Translations under genes and position numbers: made by a program | The notes under the pieces: model-generated | Told to the model about the DNA's origin: nothing | Seen by the model: the letters and a program-made list of their open reading frames with translations, nothing else | Database searches by the model: none | Assembly: GCA_041746255.1 (NCBI GenBank) | Contig: JBGTHM010000075.1 | Coordinates: 1-47,656, forward strand | Length of the DNA stretch: 47,656 nucleotides | Source of the DNA: Fibrobacteria bacterium | GTDB lineage: Bacteria; Fibrobacterota; Fibrobacteria; UBA11236 | Reading direction: 5' to 3' | Shown: piece after piece, positions 8,758-17,881 of the stretch | Layout: each line of letters begins with the position of its first letter | How positions within the stretch are numbered: position 1 is the stretch's first letter

Positions 8758-9639
8758 TTAGTGGGAATGCCCATGTCCGTGGCCGTGATTGTGATGGTGG
8801 TCATGCATCTTGCCATGGTCGTGACCAGGATGATCCGAAGAGTCATGGGAGTGCTCACCTCTGATGATTGGTATCTCCGTCTGAACCGGAGGTGCCTGAC
8901 CGGCATCGTATAAAGGTGCCGTAATCGCGGGTTGAAATTTATCCGAATGCTCGTATTCCAGCTCATGGTGTTGAAAATATCCAAGTATTTGCATCAGAAA
9001 TAACCCCACTCCCGCAGCTATGAGTGCGAAATTCGTCACCGTGCTCAATTTGTAGAAGGAATCCGTTTTCCGCCATCCCGCCAACAGCATAACCAAAACC
9101 GTTAGGGCGATGACCTGTCCCAATTCCACGCCGACATTGAACCCCAGTATGCGCCCCAGCAGACCCTGATCGCCCAAGGGCAATTGCTGCAGGCGAGTCG
9201 ACAACCCAAATCCATGTATGAGGCCAAAAAGGAATACGGCTGCCAATAGGTTGGGAGAATTGACATTGAAAATCTTGCGGAATCCATCCAGATTGTCAAA
9301 TCCCTTGTAGCAAACGGTTAGCGCGATAACAGAATCGATGAGAAAATAATTCGCGGTGATTTGATAAAAGGTTGCGAAAATGAGAGTGATACTGTGGCCC
9401 ACGGTGAAGGCCGTGATGAACTTGAGGATATCCTTGAAACGGGTGAGGAAAAAAACCACTCCAAGAAGGAATAGGAGGTGGTCATACCCCGTCAGCATAT
9501 GCATGGCGCCTAGCCAGGTGTATTGCAGGATTCCCCCGTCCATCATGGCATGCTGATCTGCTTCGGAAATGCCATGGGCCCAGGGATTGTCGGTAATGAC
9601 GAGGAGAAGCAACAGGGGAAGTCGAATACAATATATCAT
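8758..9639 (-). CDS. HupE/UreJ family metal (Ni/Co) permease with His-rich C-terminal tail
   Basis: HMLTGYDHLLFL, FTVGHSITL, FGLIHGFGL and GFNVGVELGQ; C-terminal HSHDSSDHPGHDHGKMHDHHHNHGHGHGHSH. Confidence 0.88.
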   Translation of the reverse strand: MIYCIRLPLLLLLVITDNPWAHGISEADQHAMMDGGILQYTWLGAMHMLTGYDHLLFLLGVVFFLTRFKDILKFITAFTVGHSITLIFATFYQITANYFLIDSVIALTVCYKGFDNLDGFRKIFNVNSPNLLAAVFLFGLIHGFGLSTRLQQLPLGDQGLLGRILGFNVGVELGQVIALTVLVMLLAGWRKTDSFYKLSTVTNFALIAAGVGLFLMQILGYFQHHELEYEHSDKFQPAITAPLYDAGQAPPVQTEIPIIRGEHSHDSSDHPGHDHGKMHDHHHNHGHGHGHSH

Positions 9640-9823
9640 GAATCGAACCTTAAGTTAGAAAAGATGAAAATGTACCAACCTTAGGATTCGAGGCCACGAC
9701 TTTTGAGGGCTTTGGGAATTCGGAGCCTTATTTCTGCTTATTTCCACAAGACAGGAATCCCAAGTGCCCTATTTGGAGTTCAAATCCCGAAGCCTACCCA
9801 CTCGGGAGAGACGGTTATATTAC

Positions 9824-10639
9824 TTATCGGATTAAGGGATACGGCATTCCCCGACCCATCATCAAATCGATATGGTATGGCTTCAAGAAGAAATAATTGA
9901 TGCTCGCATCTCCGACAACCCTCTGCTTAAGTCTGTCCCCATCAAACCAATATACCTGATAACCCCTATTATCGAAAAACCTGAACAGTTTTTTACCCTT
10001 GGAACCTTCAATATCCGGATTGTCTCCAATTTCAATAAGCCATGGAGGAGAGTCCGAATCGATTATTTCATCGGCGCCGTTGATGCAATGGAGTTCGTGA
10101 CCTTCCACATCACATTTAATAAATGCGATTGTAGAGTTTCGTCGTAACAAAAGGGTGTTCAGCTTTCTTGACGGTACCTGGATAGAATAATTCGAAGGGT
10201 GCGAATCTCCCTCATTTCCATCAGAGTCGACAACCCGGGACCGGTAGAATCCTCTGTAGTCGGGAATTTCCATTTGAACGGTTCCGTCTGAATCGGAAAC
10301 GGCGAAGTTCAACAGTCGTACATTCCCATACTTCAAACGGTTGATATTAAAGGCGAGGATACCGAAGGTGGTTGGAACGGCCTCTATGCCAATTACCTCG
10401 CCGGACGGGCCGGTTAATTTGGATAGAAGTTGAGTGTAGATTCCCAGATTAGCGCCAATATCAACAACGGTATCCCCGGGTCCTACGAGATAGCGTACGA
10501 TGGACATATCCTTTTCCTGCTTCTCTTGAAAGTTCTTCAAAACTTTGAAATAGTGCCACTTTTTCACCTCAAGGAGGGCGAGGTCCGTAACATTATTCCT
10601 AATCCAATTTCTGATATGAAGTTGTGTGGTCTTTGCCAT
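9824..10639 (-). CDS. FkbM family SAM-dependent methyltransferase
   Basis: VVDIGANLG, IEAVP, FAVSD and FIKCDVEGHE. Start moved to ATG 10639, which follows GGAG; the longer ORF to 10873 is unlikely. Confidence 0.85.
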   Translation of the reverse strand: MAKTTQLHIRNWIRNNVTDLALLEVKKWHYFKVLKNFQEKQEKDMSIVRYLVGPGDTVVDIGANLGIYTQLLSKLTGPSGEVIGIEAVPTTFGILAFNINRLKYGNVRLLNFAVSDSDGTVQMEIPDYRGFYRSRVVDSDGNEGDSHPSNYSIQVPSRKLNTLLLRRNSTIAFIKCDVEGHELHCINGADEIIDSDSPPWLIEIGDNPDIEGSKGKKLFRFFDNRGYQVYWFDGDRLKQRVVGDASINYFFLKPYHIDLMMGRGMPYPLIR

Positions 10640-10880
10640 CCAGTTCTCCAAATTGAGGAATAATTGATGTGCACATAAAATTCCGTTCCGGTAAAATAAT
10701 TGAAAGCAGACAAGTAGCAAGATTTTAGTGAAGGCTGAGAAATGCGTAAGATTGACCGGCATCGCCTGCATGTTATTGGGTCTATCCGGTCTAATTGCCG
10801 GGCTTTGTGGGACCCTTGAAGTTTGCTCAAAATGGGCTATGCGGAGGTTCTTCTGGGGTCTGCGGAAGTCCAAAAGTTGT

Positions 10881-10966
10881 TGGCGGAGGGTGAGAGACTC
10901 GAACTCCCAAGCCCTTTCGGGCGGCGGTTTTCAAGACCGCTGACTTACCAATTAGCCTAACCCTCC
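10881..10966 (-). tRNA. tRNA-Ser (anticodon UGA), CCA encoded
   Basis: Minus strand GGAGGGT...GCGGT-CTTGAAA-ACCGC, long variable arm GCCC-GAAA-GGGC, T-loop TTCGAGT, ACCCTCC-G-CCA (G73 discriminator). Confidence 0.97.
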
Positions 10967-11150
10967 ATTGGGCCTGAAATTAGCTAAAATCCCGCAGAAT
11001 TCAAAAACCGTTGCGAGATAAACCCGGTATGTGGGGTATTTGGGGGTAGGGGAGTCCTGAAAATAATTAAGGAAATCCCGATTCCCTTTGGGATATAATT
11101 GCCATTGAAAAAAAGGATGCGCCTTTTCGCAACTATTTGGAGGTTATCTG

Positions 11151-13670
11151 ATGAGCAATTCCCCCAAAGGACGGTTTAACCGTTTGCTCTTGCCCGGCCT
11201 GGCCCTTTCGGCCCTGGCCTTCATGTTTTGTGAACCTGGGGAATCACTTGATCCGCTTCCTCCCGAAGAAATCATCGTCCGCGATTCTACGGTGATTCCT
11301 AAGCTGACCTTAGGAGAGGTTGCCACGCAAATCCGACCCGGGGATACGGTAACGGTGCGAGTCACGGTAGTCGATTCCTTTCTAAACACCCCCTTGGTCA
11401 ACACCTCTATCAACCTTAGCAGTTCCCAATTCGTTTTGATGACTACCGATAATAAGCAGTATCTATCCGGTACGACCGGAACCAACGGACAGCTCGAATT
11501 CAAGGTTACTTCTCCGTCTTTGGGTGCAGGAACCATACAAATCAAAGCGCGAACCCCTGCTTTTATTGAGCGATCTTTAAGCCTTTCTTTGGCAGTGGTG
11601 CAGGAGCCCACGCGCGATGCCCGCATTCGCAACTTGGTTTTTCAAGTTTCCCGCGCCGATCTTAAGGCTGACGGAAGCGATTCCACCGAACTGAGAGTGC
11701 TGGTCAAGGACGAGAACAGCAACCCTATTTCAGGAGAGACCATAACCTTCACGGCCAATGGCGGTTTGGTGACTCGATCAAGCGTTACCGATGAAAACGG
11801 CAGAGCCACGGGAAGGTTAACCTCGGAGAGGGTGGACAAGGTGGTGACGGTAATCGCAACCCTTGCCAGCCGGGGCCTGAGCGCCAGCCAAACGGTGACA
11901 TTCAGCGGAATCAAACTCACCATCAGTCCTGAGAGCCGGGTGCTGATGCAGGGTAATTCGACAGCCATACTATTTGAATTGAAAGATGCGAATGATGTTC
12001 CCATTGCGGGTGATACCCTGGAGATCGCAATTTCAAATACGAAAAATGGATTCGCCGGTTCGGGAAAGGATTCCATTTCCGTGGTAACCGACACCAAAGG
12101 ACAATACCGTACCCTGGTTCAGGCTGATGTTCTGGGTGAATCCGTCATTCGCGCCTATGCACTCGGAGCCGAGAAAAAGGAAACCTTGTTTTTCACCAAC
12201 GAACGGATCACGCTGAGTTCCAACCAATCCAGCATGGTGGGCGACGGAATTTCCACCGTCACCATTAATGTGAACTTGAGGGACGACGACGACAAGCCGG
12301 TTGTCGACGCCGATTTAAGATGGACCACGACATTCGGCGAAATCGTGGGTACTCCGTTTACCAAGACCGGGTCCGACGGTAAGAGCAGTCGGGTACTTCG
12401 CAGCAACCCGGGAACCGGTTTGGCTACAGTACATGTCGAAGCCCGAAAAGGAGGAAAATTACTGGCCGCGGGCGTACATACCATCAAGGTTACGGCCCAA
12501 AAAGTGCATCGTTTGCAATTCATGGTCACGCCGGATAACATTCCGGTGAAGGTGGGCGAGGCGATTTTGACGGCACGCGCCTATGACAAGGAAGACAATA
12601 TCATCGACGGCGCCTTGATAGGATTCCGCATCATAAAGGGAGCCGGCGGCGGAGATGAGACCATCAAGCCACCGGTTGATTACACCAAGTCCGGAGCCGC
12701 ACAAGCCTCGTTTTTTGCCGGAGGGGTCATCAGCTTTTACCGTAGCGTAAGATTGGCGGCGGTCGCTCTGGAAGTCAGCGGATCGGATACCTTGATAATC
12801 GCCTCCTCGGATACCATAGGGATAACCGTCTCTGGGCCCCCGCATCGAATCAGTGTCGGCCGCGACATTTTCAAGGGTGAGAATCCCAAGGATGGAACAT
12901 TTTCGCTACCGGTTAGCGCGGTGGTAACGGATGTCAATGGAAACCTGGTCGCCGACGGTACCTTGGTTAATTTTAGCGCTCAGCCGGTGGGTATGACTAT
13001 TTATAAGAAGGGCGCCACTTTGGCCCGCTGGGGGTTGACATACATCATCCATGATTCCATTGCCACCTTCATGCGCTGGAGCGATTATAATTTCAACGGA
13101 AGGCTCGATCCCGGGGAAGAACCCAGCCGCTTCAACACCAGTAACCCCTATCGGGGCGAAGACTTGGACGGAAACGGATTCATCAACGAGGGCGAACCTT
13201 TCGAAGATATTAATCGAAACGGAATATGGGATACCCTCCCCGAACCCTTTTATATCGTGAGGGAGGCGGATTTAATTAATCCTGATCCGGATAATCCGGA
13301 TAGTACAGGCGGAATTCGCCGTTTGGGTGACACGGTTTATGCCGACCTCAACCGGAATGGCAGGCTGGATTTGGTGGAACCCTGGACGGATCTCAATAAT
13401 AACGGAGAATGCGATTGCGCCGGAAAATTCAATGAGAAAGGATTGATTGAGTACAAATTCTACGGCAATAGCGAGGTCAAAAGACCCTTTCCAGGCGATG
13501 TGGCTGTCGGTATCGCCAAGGAAATTCCCACCAAGGGTGGAAAAGCCGTCAATAAGGTCACGTATGTACAATCGGACGCCTGGCGTGTGAACATCCGGGT
13601 TTCCGCAGAAGCCAACGGTAGGCGCAGCACCGATGAATTCCTTCTTCCCGTCATCGTAGCCCAGGATTAA
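11151..13670 (+). CDS. Large surface lipoprotein with tandem Big_1 (invasin/intimin-like) Ig domains and DxNxNG Ca-binding repeats
   Basis: GGAGG RBS, signal ending FMFC. Big_1-like ADGSDSTEL..VKDENSNPISGETITF..TDENGRAT, GDGISTVTI and VTDVNGNLVADGTLVNF. EPFEDINRNGIWD-type repeats. Confidence 0.8.
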   Translation: MSNSPKGRFNRLLLPGLALSALAFMFCEPGESLDPLPPEEIIVRDSTVIPKLTLGEVATQIRPGDTVTVRVTVVDSFLNTPLVNTSINLSSSQFVLMTTDNKQYLSGTTGTNGQLEFKVTSPSLGAGTIQIKARTPAFIERSLSLSLAVVQEPTRDARIRNLVFQVSRADLKADGSDSTELRVLVKDENSNPISGETITFTANGGLVTRSSVTDENGRATGRLTSERVDKVVTVIATLASRGLSASQTVTFSGIKLTISPESRVLMQGNSTAILFELKDANDVPIAGDTLEIAISNTKNGFAGSGKDSISVVTDTKGQYRTLVQADVLGESVIRAYALGAEKKETLFFTNERITLSSNQSSMVGDGISTVTINVNLRDDDDKPVVDADLRWTTTFGEIVGTPFTKTGSDGKSSRVLRSNPGTGLATVHVEARKGGKLLAAGVHTIKVTAQKVHRLQFMVTPDNIPVKVGEAILTARAYDKEDNIIDGALIGFRIIKGAGGGDETIKPPVDYTKSGAAQASFFAGGVISFYRSVRLAAVALEVSGSDTLIIASSDTIGITVSGPPHRISVGRDIFKGENPKDGTFSLPVSAVVTDVNGNLVADGTLVNFSAQPVGMTIYKKGATLARWGLTYIIHDSIATFMRWSDYNFNGRLDPGEEPSRFNTSNPYRGEDLDGNGFINEGEPFEDINRNGIWDTLPEPFYIVREADLINPDPDNPDSTGGIRRLGDTVYADLNRNGRLDLVEPWTDLNNNGECDCAGKFNEKGLIEYKFYGNSEVKRPFPGDVAVGIAKEIPTKGGKAVNKVTYVQSDAWRVNIRVSAEANGRRSTDEFLLPVIVAQD

Positions 13671-13676
13671 GCCTAA

Positions 13677-14468
13677 ATGAAAAAATACCAACTTTTTACC
13701 GGCATGTCCCTTTTTGCTTGCCTATCCGCAAGTGGTTTCCCACCCGGGTCCCCCATGGGTGAATTCGGGCCGGGTCAGGTTGCCGTGAGCGTTTTCGCAG
13801 ACCATAGCGGGCAAGACTTGTTCAAAAACGATTTGGCCGGTTCGACCTTGAATACCGGCGGATTGAGCATGGACTATGGCCCGTGGTCTTTTTTACAATT
13901 CGGTGCTTTTATCGGCGCCACTCAATTCAATGTGGAGGTTCCCGGTTCTAAGCGGAATCAATCCGATGTACTCGCCTTCGAGACAAACCCATCGCTGGCC
14001 TATGGCGGCTCCGCTAAGCTGGCGACACCAAGGTTTTTTTCTCGTACCACGGCCATGGTCGGTTATGGAAGCGCCACCTTATTCAGTGCGGAAGATGACG
14101 CCCGCAATGTGAAGAAGGGCATCGCCTATAAAGCCGGCGGCGGTGTTCAGCTTCAGTTTTGGCCCGCGTTCAATATGATATTGGGAGGCGAGTTCTATGC
14201 CATTGATGGCGAACAAACCTCACGATTGGTCACTAAGCCGGCGCCTTACTCCAATTCCGATCAATTTCGGGGCCTTCTCGGTTTTGAGGTTTATTTTCCG
14301 GGAAAGAACCGTCCCTTTATCAGTCTGGCATTTCGCCCCACCGGAGCCGTGGGATGGAATGACGACTATGGCCTGGAGAACGCCTCAATCAGCCTGTCTT
14401 TGGGAAGCATAACCAGCCTTCCAGGGAAAACCCCTTCCAGCGGTCTCGACGACGACAGCGACTTTTAA
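13677..14468 (+). CDS. Hypothetical exported protein, probable outer-membrane beta-barrel
   Basis: Signal peptide and alternating Gly/aromatic amphipathic strands (YKAGGGVQLQF, FRGLLGFEVYF). Starts 6 bp after the Ig-protein stop. Confidence 0.6.
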   Translation: MKKYQLFTGMSLFACLSASGFPPGSPMGEFGPGQVAVSVFADHSGQDLFKNDLAGSTLNTGGLSMDYGPWSFLQFGAFIGATQFNVEVPGSKRNQSDVLAFETNPSLAYGGSAKLATPRFFSRTTAMVGYGSATLFSAEDDARNVKKGIAYKAGGGVQLQFWPAFNMILGGEFYAIDGEQTSRLVTKPAPYSNSDQFRGLLGFEVYFPGKNRPFISLAFRPTGAVGWNDDYGLENASISLSLGSITSLPGKTPSSGLDDDSDF

Positions 14469-14506
14469 AATCGAATCGGCGTACACGCGTACCTGGGTAA
14501 CAGCTG

Positions 14507-15607
14507 TTAGCCTTCGTCCAGTAACCATTCTTCGATAATATCGAGGAATAGCTCCCCGTCCCGGCGACCGTATTCCATCAACTCCCGGGCATATTCTTTA
14601 TCGAATAGCAGGTAGCTCAGCATATCGGAAGAAATCCATCCCCCAAAAAGATAGCGTAGGGTTTTAGGAAACCGACCGCGAAAATGCGAGGCGATTACGT
14701 TGAAATCAAGGGTGGGAACCACCCGGCATAAATCGATTATTCTCGCGCCGCGCTCTTCCTCGGGCAACCGACTGGCCATCATATTCACGCGGTTCATGAA
14801 TTGCGAATCGATTTCCACGGCGTCGAGAAACATGGAATCGAGCATGGTCGCTGCAATACGCCCCACCGTGGGGGCCATATGGGTAATGCCTTGTTCCACG
14901 TCCCCGCGCAAGCTGATATTGATGATGCGTTCGGCGCCCAACCGGATGGCGGGATTCAGCGGGGTCATATTGCGCAGCGATCCATCGCCGTAATAATGCC
15001 CGTCTACATGAACAGGTGGAAAAATCAGAGGAACCGCGCAGGATGCCAGTACATGCTCCAACGACAGGGAAGTGCGTACTCCCCGTAAAGTCGTTCTTTC
15101 CCAAGGCGGGCAGGCCTGCTTGGTCTGATAAAAGGTAACGTTTTTCATTTCGGTATAGTCGAAGCAATTGATGGCGAGGCTGTGGTCGGGAAGGGTTCGC
15201 AGGCGCTGTTGCACCTGCCCCATGTCGAGATTTTCCCGTAAGAATGCCGTAAGGGGAGTGGTATCCAGCACCGAATTCACTAGGGTATCCGTAGCGCTTT
15301 TGCGAGCGTAACGGGAGGAATGCACCAAGCGCATGATATTGCGCGCCATCGTTTTCAGATCGGATTCGAAGACGTCGTCGGTGCGGATATTTCCCCATAG
15401 GGCCTCGAGGATTTCCACGCCGCGCGCGTAATTCGGGGCGGATTGCATGAGGCGAACCGCGTTGATGGATCCGGCCGAGACGCCGCAAATGATTTCGATA
15501 TTTCCGTTGCGGCGGAAGATGTCCTTCCAGGCGCTCAGAATTCCCGCCTGGTAAGCGGCTCGCGCGCCGCCACCGCTGAGAATCAATGCTACTTTCTTTC
15601 TAGCCAT
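14507..15607 (-). CDS. Patatin-like phospholipase
   Basis: LSGGGARAAY, GVSAG (GxSxG), SCAVPLIFPP and DGS. Confidence 0.88.
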   Translation of the reverse strand: MARKKVALILSGGGARAAYQAGILSAWKDIFRRNGNIEIICGVSAGSINAVRLMQSAPNYARGVEILEALWGNIRTDDVFESDLKTMARNIMRLVHSSRYARKSATDTLVNSVLDTTPLTAFLRENLDMGQVQQRLRTLPDHSLAINCFDYTEMKNVTFYQTKQACPPWERTTLRGVRTSLSLEHVLASCAVPLIFPPVHVDGHYYGDGSLRNMTPLNPAIRLGAERIINISLRGDVEQGITHMAPTVGRIAATMLDSMFLDAVEIDSQFMNRVNMMASRLPEEERGARIIDLCRVVPTLDFNVIASHFRGRFPKTLRYLFGGWISSDMLSYLLFDKEYARELMEYGRRDGELFLDIIEEWLLDEG

Positions 15608-15732
15608 TTCCTTGCGCCCCACAAAGACTTCAGCTTTTCCTTATCCAAGCGAATTGATTGTGATCAAAATAGAGAAGTCTGGAATCCTTAGCGAAAATTT
15701 CAGCCACCGCACGGGTGATTTCCATTATACAA

Positions 15733-16965
15733 CTATTGGAGGGTCGCGTCAGCTTGCACTTTCCGGGCCCAATCCCGGATGACCATGGCGGATAATTGGG
15801 ACGATCGCATGCTCTGGTAGGATTGATGTATGAGCATGGTGCAAATGGCTATTCCCATCTCGGGGTTATCCTTGAAGCGGGCATAACCGATGAACCAATC
15901 GTAGCGGCCCGGGGGCGAGTCTCCGGTCAGCGAACCGGTTTTGCCTCCCAACTCCAACTTGTCGAGAAGATCTCGGCGCAGGATGCTGTGAAATCCTTTG
16001 CGAGCTGTTCCCATACCAACGGTCGCCTCCATCAAGGCTTGCATGCGTGGGAGGTTCTTCGCGCTTACGAAGGGTTGCGAATGCGGTTTCCATTCCAAAT
16101 CCAAAGGCATTTCCTCCCCTGTTTCCAGGTTGACTAAGCTTTGCGCCAAGCGACTTGGCCGCAAATAACCGTCGTCGCCAATGCCCCTGGCCATGAAAAG
16201 GGCGTGGAAGGGAGAAATGGTCACATCGCGGGTAAACCCGCTGGCATGTTCGGCCAAGGCGAAACCCGAATCGGGTGCGGAATAATGGCTGGCCGACAGT
16301 GCGGAAAGAGGCCAGGCCCCATTGAATCCGAGCCGATCCGCAACGGATTTGAGTTGAGTGGCGCCGATAGCCAAACCCAAAATCCCGAAAGCGGGATTCA
16401 CGGATCTTCCGAAGGCCTCTTCCAAGGAAAGCGTGAGAGCGGCTTTCTCGGGCTGTGCCAGCAATTGCCATCGGTAAAGAGTATGCATTGACCCTATGTG
16501 CGGAACGCCTTCGAGAGCGTATTGATGGCTTTTTTCGATGACCGCAAGTGCGGTGATTATTTTACTGAGCGATGCTGCGGGAAAAGTAGAAGACAGCGCC
16601 ATGCGGGGTGTCTGTGTGACGGTAGAATCGCTTCTCTCTCCTACGGCGAGCATTAAACCGGTTTTCAAGTCACAGACAAGTACAACCGCGTTTTCAGGTC
16701 GTTGCCGCCGCAAGTGGTCCAAGAGTTTGCGCGATAGAGCCGTATCCGGACTATACTGCGCCAGGTAGGGAACACCTGCGAGGTCGATGGTATCCGGTTT
16801 CGGGTAGTGCCGGAGTGGGGAACTCAAGTCCGCCATAGGGGGGATTCGGATTTTGCTGTCCGCGGTGATGACGATATCCTCTTCGGTAATCTGCCCTGGC
16901 GAATAATCAGGTGTTCGATTCCAATGCATGCGCCAGGCTACTATCATTCCGACAAGGAAAAGCAA
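15733..16965 (-). CDS. Penicillin-binding transpeptidase-domain protein (short class B/PbpA-like); start uncertain
   Basis: FPAASLSK (SxxK), RSVN (SxN), GGKTGSL (KTG) and DWFIGYA; N-terminal TM segment. Confidence 0.82.
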   Translation of the reverse strand: MLFLVGMIVAWRMHWNRTPDYSPGQITEEDIVITADSKIRIPPMADLSSPLRHYPKPDTIDLAGVPYLAQYSPDTALSRKLLDHLRRQRPENAVVLVCDLKTGLMLAVGERSDSTVTQTPRMALSSTFPAASLSKIITALAVIEKSHQYALEGVPHIGSMHTLYRWQLLAQPEKAALTLSLEEAFGRSVNPAFGILGLAIGATQLKSVADRLGFNGAWPLSALSASHYSAPDSGFALAEHASGFTRDVTISPFHALFMARGIGDDGYLRPSRLAQSLVNLETGEEMPLDLEWKPHSQPFVSAKNLPRMQALMEATVGMGTARKGFHSILRRDLLDKLELGGKTGSLTGDSPPGRYDWFIGYARFKDNPEMGIAICTMLIHQSYQSMRSSQLSAMVIRDWARKVQADATLQ

Positions 16966-17204
16966 CGCAATCGGCTTCTTCCACGCAACCCTCCTTTTAC
17001 CGCGGAAGCCTCGACCTTTAAACCGGCCGGCAAAATCGGAATGTTGAAGTTTGATATTTCTCCCCTTGAAGCGATGAGATGGATGGCCGGGAATAGCGGG
17101 TTACAACGACTGATTTCGAAGGACTCATGCCCCGAATCGAACGTCTATACTATAGCCAAATAAGCGGTCGAAAGAAAGCATTGCGGACAGGAATTCGTAA
17201 GGGA

Positions 17205-17765
17205 TCAGAGCGGAAGCCCGGTTTGCGGATCCGAACTTCGAAAAACCGCGGTACGATAGTGCTTCAGCTCCTCAACCGATTCGCGTATATCGGCCAGCGC
17301 ACGATGGGTTTCCGATTTAGGCATTTCCGGCAGCTTCGGATACCATCGTTTACTCAATTCCTTGATGGAGCTGATGTCCACGATTCGGTAATGACAGAAC
17401 GCATTCAAGGTCGGCATATATTTATCCAGAAACCGCCTATCCTGCCATATGGAATTTCCACACAAGGGGGATTTGCCGGGATTGCAGTGTAGCCGTAAAA
17501 ATTCCAGCACCTGATTCTCCGCCTCCGCTTCTGTGCAGGCCGAGGCGCGCACTCTCTCGATGAGACCGGATGCCCCATGATGGCTCTGGTTCCAAGCGTC
17601 CATACCGGCCAATATCTCTTCCGGCTGGGAGATGACCAATTCCGGGCCTTCGGCGAGGATTTCCAAATTCCCATCGGTTACCAAGCAGGCGATTTCCAAT
17701 ATCCTGTCGCGAGAGGGCTCCAGCCCCGTCATTTCCAAATCCATCCACACCAAATTTTCCGGCAA
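17205..17765 (-). CDS. orn: Oligoribonuclease
   Basis: [24 protein letters not shown] and [21 protein letters not shown] start after GGGAG. Confidence 0.95.
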   Translation of the reverse strand: MPENLVWMDLEMTGLEPSRDRILEIACLVTDGNLEILAEGPELVISQPEEILAGMDAWNQSHHGASGLIERVRASACTEAEAENQVLEFLRLHCNPGKSPLCGNSIWQDRRFLDKYMPTLNAFCHYRIVDISSIKELSKRWYPKLPEMPKSETHRALADIRESVEELKHYRTAVFRSSDPQTGLPL

Positions 17766-17881
17766 AACGGCTCCCTTTGTTAAGTTTTAAATTTAATTCC
17801 CTTCGGCTTGAAATCTTCATTCCGAGGCTAAATTCCGGAAGCCTACAATGGTGCGGTTCCGATAAGAGTGGAAAATTTACC

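Noticed and set aside
9775..9790. tRNA-like T-loop GGAGTTCAAATCCC as an att remnant
   Set aside because: Opposite orientation to tRNA-Ser, not identical to its 3' end, and no cloverleaf.
9640..9823. Cobalamin riboswitch upstream of HupE/UreJ
   Set aside because: The conserved GGGAA, GCCACTG and GGGAAG elements are not present in order on the minus strand.
10640..10873. N-terminal extension of the FkbM ORF
   Set aside because: Runs through the region just downstream of the tRNA; a better ATG with an RBS lies at 10639.
10881..10966. Possible tRNA-Sec or suppressor tRNA
   Set aside because: The anticodon is UGA (reads Ser UCA), with a normal 7-bp acceptor stem and G73; this is an ordinary tRNA-Ser.
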